From an uncultured bacterium (GTDB lineage: Bacteria; Verrucomicrobiota; Kiritimatiellia; RFP12; UBA1067): 64,000 nt of DNA. Position 1 is the stretch's first letter, and each line of letters begins with the position of its first letter. The stretch is from positions 3,929 to 67,928 of the forward strand of contig CACZCD010000001.1 in the NCBI GenBank assembly GCA_902779565.1, written 5' to 3'. The notes beneath the pieces are model-generated. The model ran no database searches. It saw only the letters and a program-made list of their open reading frames with translations, and was not told where the DNA came from. The translations under genes were made by a program, and so were the position numbers. Of this stretch, positions 61,705 through 64,000 are shown piece by piece.

Positions 61705-62568
61705 ATGAAAATCAAGGACATTCTCGCTCAGGAACGGCCTTCCGTTTCTTTCGAAGTGTTTCCGCCCCGGAAGGATGCACCGTTCGAACCGGTGAAGGAC
61801 GCCGTGGCGCAGCTGGCCCAGGAACGGCCGTCATTCATGTCCGTCACCTACGGCGCCTCGGGGAACGCCCAGGCGAACACGGCGGCGATCGCCTCCTTCG
61901 TGCAGGCGTGCGGCGTGCCGGCACTCGCGCACCTCACGTGCCTGACCGCGACGCGCGAAAGCATCGAAAGCGAAGCGGACGCGCTGCGCCGCGCCGGCAT
62001 CGAGAACGTGCTGTGTCTGCGCGGCGATCTGCCGAAGGATGCATCCGAACCGCCGCCCGGCAACTTCTCGCACGCGGTGGATCTTGTGCGTGCGCTCCAC
62101 GGATCCGGATTCTGCCTCGGCGGCGCCTGCTATCCGGAGTGCCATCCCGACTGCCCCCACATGGAGGATGACATCCGCCATCTGCGCGAGAAGGTCGAGG
62201 CCGGTCTCGACTTCGTCACCACGCAGATGTTCTTCGACAACAACATCTTCTACCGCTATCTCGCGAAACTCCGCGACCACGGCGTGACCGTGCCCGTGAT
62301 CGCCGGCATCATGCCCGTCACGAACGGCAAGCAGATCGCGCGCATCTGCCGGCTTTCGGGCACCTACCTCCCCAGCCGCTTCAAGGCAATCGTGGATCGC
62401 TACGGCGACCATCCCGCCGCCATGCTCGATGCGGGCGTCGCCTACGCCACCGAGCAGATCATCGACCTCTTTGCGAACGGCATCAATGCCGTACACATCT
62501 ACACGATGAACAAGCCCGAAGTCGCCACTCGCATCATGTCCAACCTCCACAATATCATTGGCCATTGA
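61705..62568 (+). CDS. metF: 5,10-methylenetetrahydrofolate reductase
   Basis: MKIKDILAQERPSVSFEVFPPRKD...VTYGASG...LAHLTC...FVTTQMFFD, a canonical MTHFR. Confidence 0.85.
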   Translation: MKIKDILAQERPSVSFEVFPPRKDAPFEPVKDAVAQLAQERPSFMSVTYGASGNAQANTAAIASFVQACGVPALAHLTCLTATRESIESEADALRRAGIENVLCLRGDLPKDASEPPPGNFSHAVDLVRALHGSGFCLGGACYPECHPDCPHMEDDIRHLREKVEAGLDFVTTQMFFDNNIFYRYLAKLRDHGVTVPVIAGIMPVTNGKQIARICRLSGTYLPSRFKAIVDRYGDHPAAMLDAGVAYATEQIIDLFANGINAVHIYTMNKPEVATRIMSNLHNIIGH

Positions 62569-63146
62569 TGGTAGATCTCCAAGAGATCGCGCGGTACATG
62601 CGCATGGGGCGCACCGTCCCTGACGGCGCGCTTGCGGCGCGTGTCGCCGAGCTCCGCGACGAAGCGCTCACGATCATACGGCCGGCGCACATCGGGCGGC
62701 GGTTCCCGATCCAAGATGGGAACATCGTCTCCGGCTCGGTCCGGCTCGCCGTCGCCGGAACATTGGCGAAACATCTCGTGGGCTGCCGCTCCGCCTATCT
62801 GGCGTGCGGCACGCTCGGCGCAGGGTTCGACGCCTTTCAACGCCGCGTCTCCGCGACCTCGGGTGCAGATGCGCTGATCGTGCAGGCCATCGGCGCGGCG
62901 CTCATCGAAAAGTTGATGGATGATGTTGAAGCGGAAATCCGCCGCGAACTGCAGCCGAACGAAACGCTCGTTTCGCGATACTCCCCCGGCTACGGTGACT
63001 TTCCGCTCACCGCCCAGCGCGAACTGCTCTCGCTTCTCGACGCTCCGCGCAAGGTGGGCGTGTCGCTCACCGACACCCTTCTTATGGTTCCCTCGAAATC
63101 CGTCAGCGCAATCATCGGCGTCAAAGAGGAGATCCCCACCACATGA
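62565..63146 (+). CDS. Stand-alone methionine synthase reactivation (AdoMet-binding/activation) domain protein
   Basis: 193 aa. ...RYSPGYGDFPL... resembles the MetH C-terminal activation domain found as a separate ORF in split MetH systems. ATGA overlaps on both sides. Confidence 0.55.
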   Translation: MMVDLQEIARYMRMGRTVPDGALAARVAELRDEALTIIRPAHIGRRFPIQDGNIVSGSVRLAVAGTLAKHLVGCRSAYLACGTLGAGFDAFQRRVSATSGADALIVQAIGAALIEKLMDDVEAEIRRELQPNETLVSRYSPGYGDFPLTAQRELLSLLDAPRKVGVSLTDTLLMVPSKSVSAIIGVKEEIPTT

Positions 63147-64000
63147 AAGACATCCTCAACAAGACCCCACTCCTGTTTCTTGACGGCGGCATGGGAACGC
63201 AGCTTCAGGCCAAAGGGCTTCAGCCGGGCGAAATCCCCGAACTGTGGAACGTCACACGTCCGCAGGATGTCCGCGCGGTGCACGAGGCGTACTTCACCGC
63301 CGGGGCGGATGTCGTGTACGCCAACACGTTCGGCGCCAACGCCGCCAAGTATCACGGTGACGCCCCGCTCGCAGATGTCCTCACGGCCGCGATCGGCATC
63401 GCGCGCGAGGCGGCGGATAATGTTGGCGGGCGGCGCTTTGTCGCGCTCGACGTCGGGCCGACCGGACGGCTGCTCAAACCCGCGGGCGATTTCGAATTCG
63501 ATGCCGCCTACGATGCGTTTGCGGAACAGGTCTCCATCGGCGCGAAAGCCGGAGCTGACCTGATCGTGATCGAAACGATGGGCGACACCTACGAACTCAA
63601 GGCCGCCGTCCTCGCCGCAAAGGAGAACGCGTCGCTGCCAATTCTCGCCACCGTCGCACTCGGCGATGACGGCAAACTGCTCACGGGCGGAAACGTGGAG
63701 TGTGTAGCGGCGCTTTTAGAAGGTCTGCGCGTGGACGCCCTCGGTTTCAACTGTGGGCTCGGTCCCGACCGAATGCTTCCCTACGTGAAACGGCTCGCGA
63801 CATCGACGACACTTCACATCGCCGTCAAGCCGAACGCGGGCATGCCGAAAGTGATCGACGGTCGTACCGTATTCACCGTGGGACCGGAAGAATTCGCACA
63901 GGATATCGCCACACTCGTGGAGGCGGGGGCCTCGATTGTCGGTGGATGCTGTGGAACAACTCCCGCCCACATCGTTGCCCTCCAAAGCCTAGCCACCAAC
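63143..64000 (+). CDS. Homocysteine S-methyltransferase (Hcy-binding) domain of methionine synthase, 3'-truncated by the window edge
   Basis: MKDILNKTPLLFLDGGMGTQLQAKGL...ELWNV...AYFTAGADVVYANTF... and C-terminal GGCCGTTPAHI (the zinc-binding GGCCG motif). It is missing from the ORF track because there is no stop within the window. Confidence 0.8.
   Translation, partial: MKDILNKTPLLFLDGGMGTQLQAKGLQPGEIPELWNVTRPQDVRAVHEAYFTAGADVVYANTFGANAAKYHGDAPLADVLTAAIGIAREAADNVGGRRFVALDVGPTGRLLKPAGDFEFDAAYDAFAEQVSIGAKAGADLIVIETMGDTYELKAAVLAAKENASLPILATVALGDDGKLLTGGNVECVAALLEGLRVDALGFNCGLGPDRMLPYVKRLATSTTLHIAVKPNAGMPKVIDGRTVFTVGPEEFAQDIATLVEAGASIVGGCCGTTPAHIVALQSLATN

Overview
This is a high-GC bacterial chromosomal segment. 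The gene content (many CAZymes, an FGE-sulfatase-like gene, DUF4838, Tat-exported metallophosphoesterases, a glycyl-radical enzyme) suggests an anaerobic, polysaccharide-degrading Gram-negative, possibly from the PVC superphylum; the taxon is inference only. I place about 55 genes. Almost all lie on the minus strand until a divergent junction at about 61.7 kb. Adjacent genes frequently overlap by 4 bp (ATGA start/stop).

Housekeeping genes: rpoB-rpoC followed immediately by dnaG; prfA-rpmE; folP (with a secreted protein upstream and a CDF transporter downstream); dtd; an LMW protein-tyrosine phosphatase; an acyl-ACP thioesterase; and metF followed by a split methionine synthase (activation domain, then homocysteine-binding domain).

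Accessory content: a roughly 15 kb segment (7.4-23.3 kb) is bracketed by inverted copies of an unusual array in which GTCCGT/ACGGAC recurs every ~11 bp. Inside it are two Bacteroidetes-type HU-like paralogs, a sigma region-4-like regulator with an iteron-like operator array, a long operon mixing a glycyl-radical enzyme and its activase with GH28, GH20-like and FGE-like genes, and a Fic protein with an AraC/PAS regulator in an AT-rich patch. Elsewhere there is a 1956-aa alpha-2-macroglobulin flanked by Tat metallophosphoesterases and a two-component system, a His-rich repeat protein, an ABC-2 exporter, a B12-binding radical-SAM enzyme, an AI-2E transporter and a sialate O-acetylesterase-like protein.

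The most striking sequence-level observation is a family of 70-160 bp hairpin-forming elements. Each has two arms of tandem 7-8 nt units: a purine arm (GKKGAARR)n and a CA-rich arm (YYWWCAAC)n. There are four copies. Two sit immediately 5' of the RBS of secreted hydrolase genes, and two are inserted in-frame inside coding sequences (dnaG and the alpha-2-macroglobulin gene).

No tRNA, rRNA or CRISPR was recognised.
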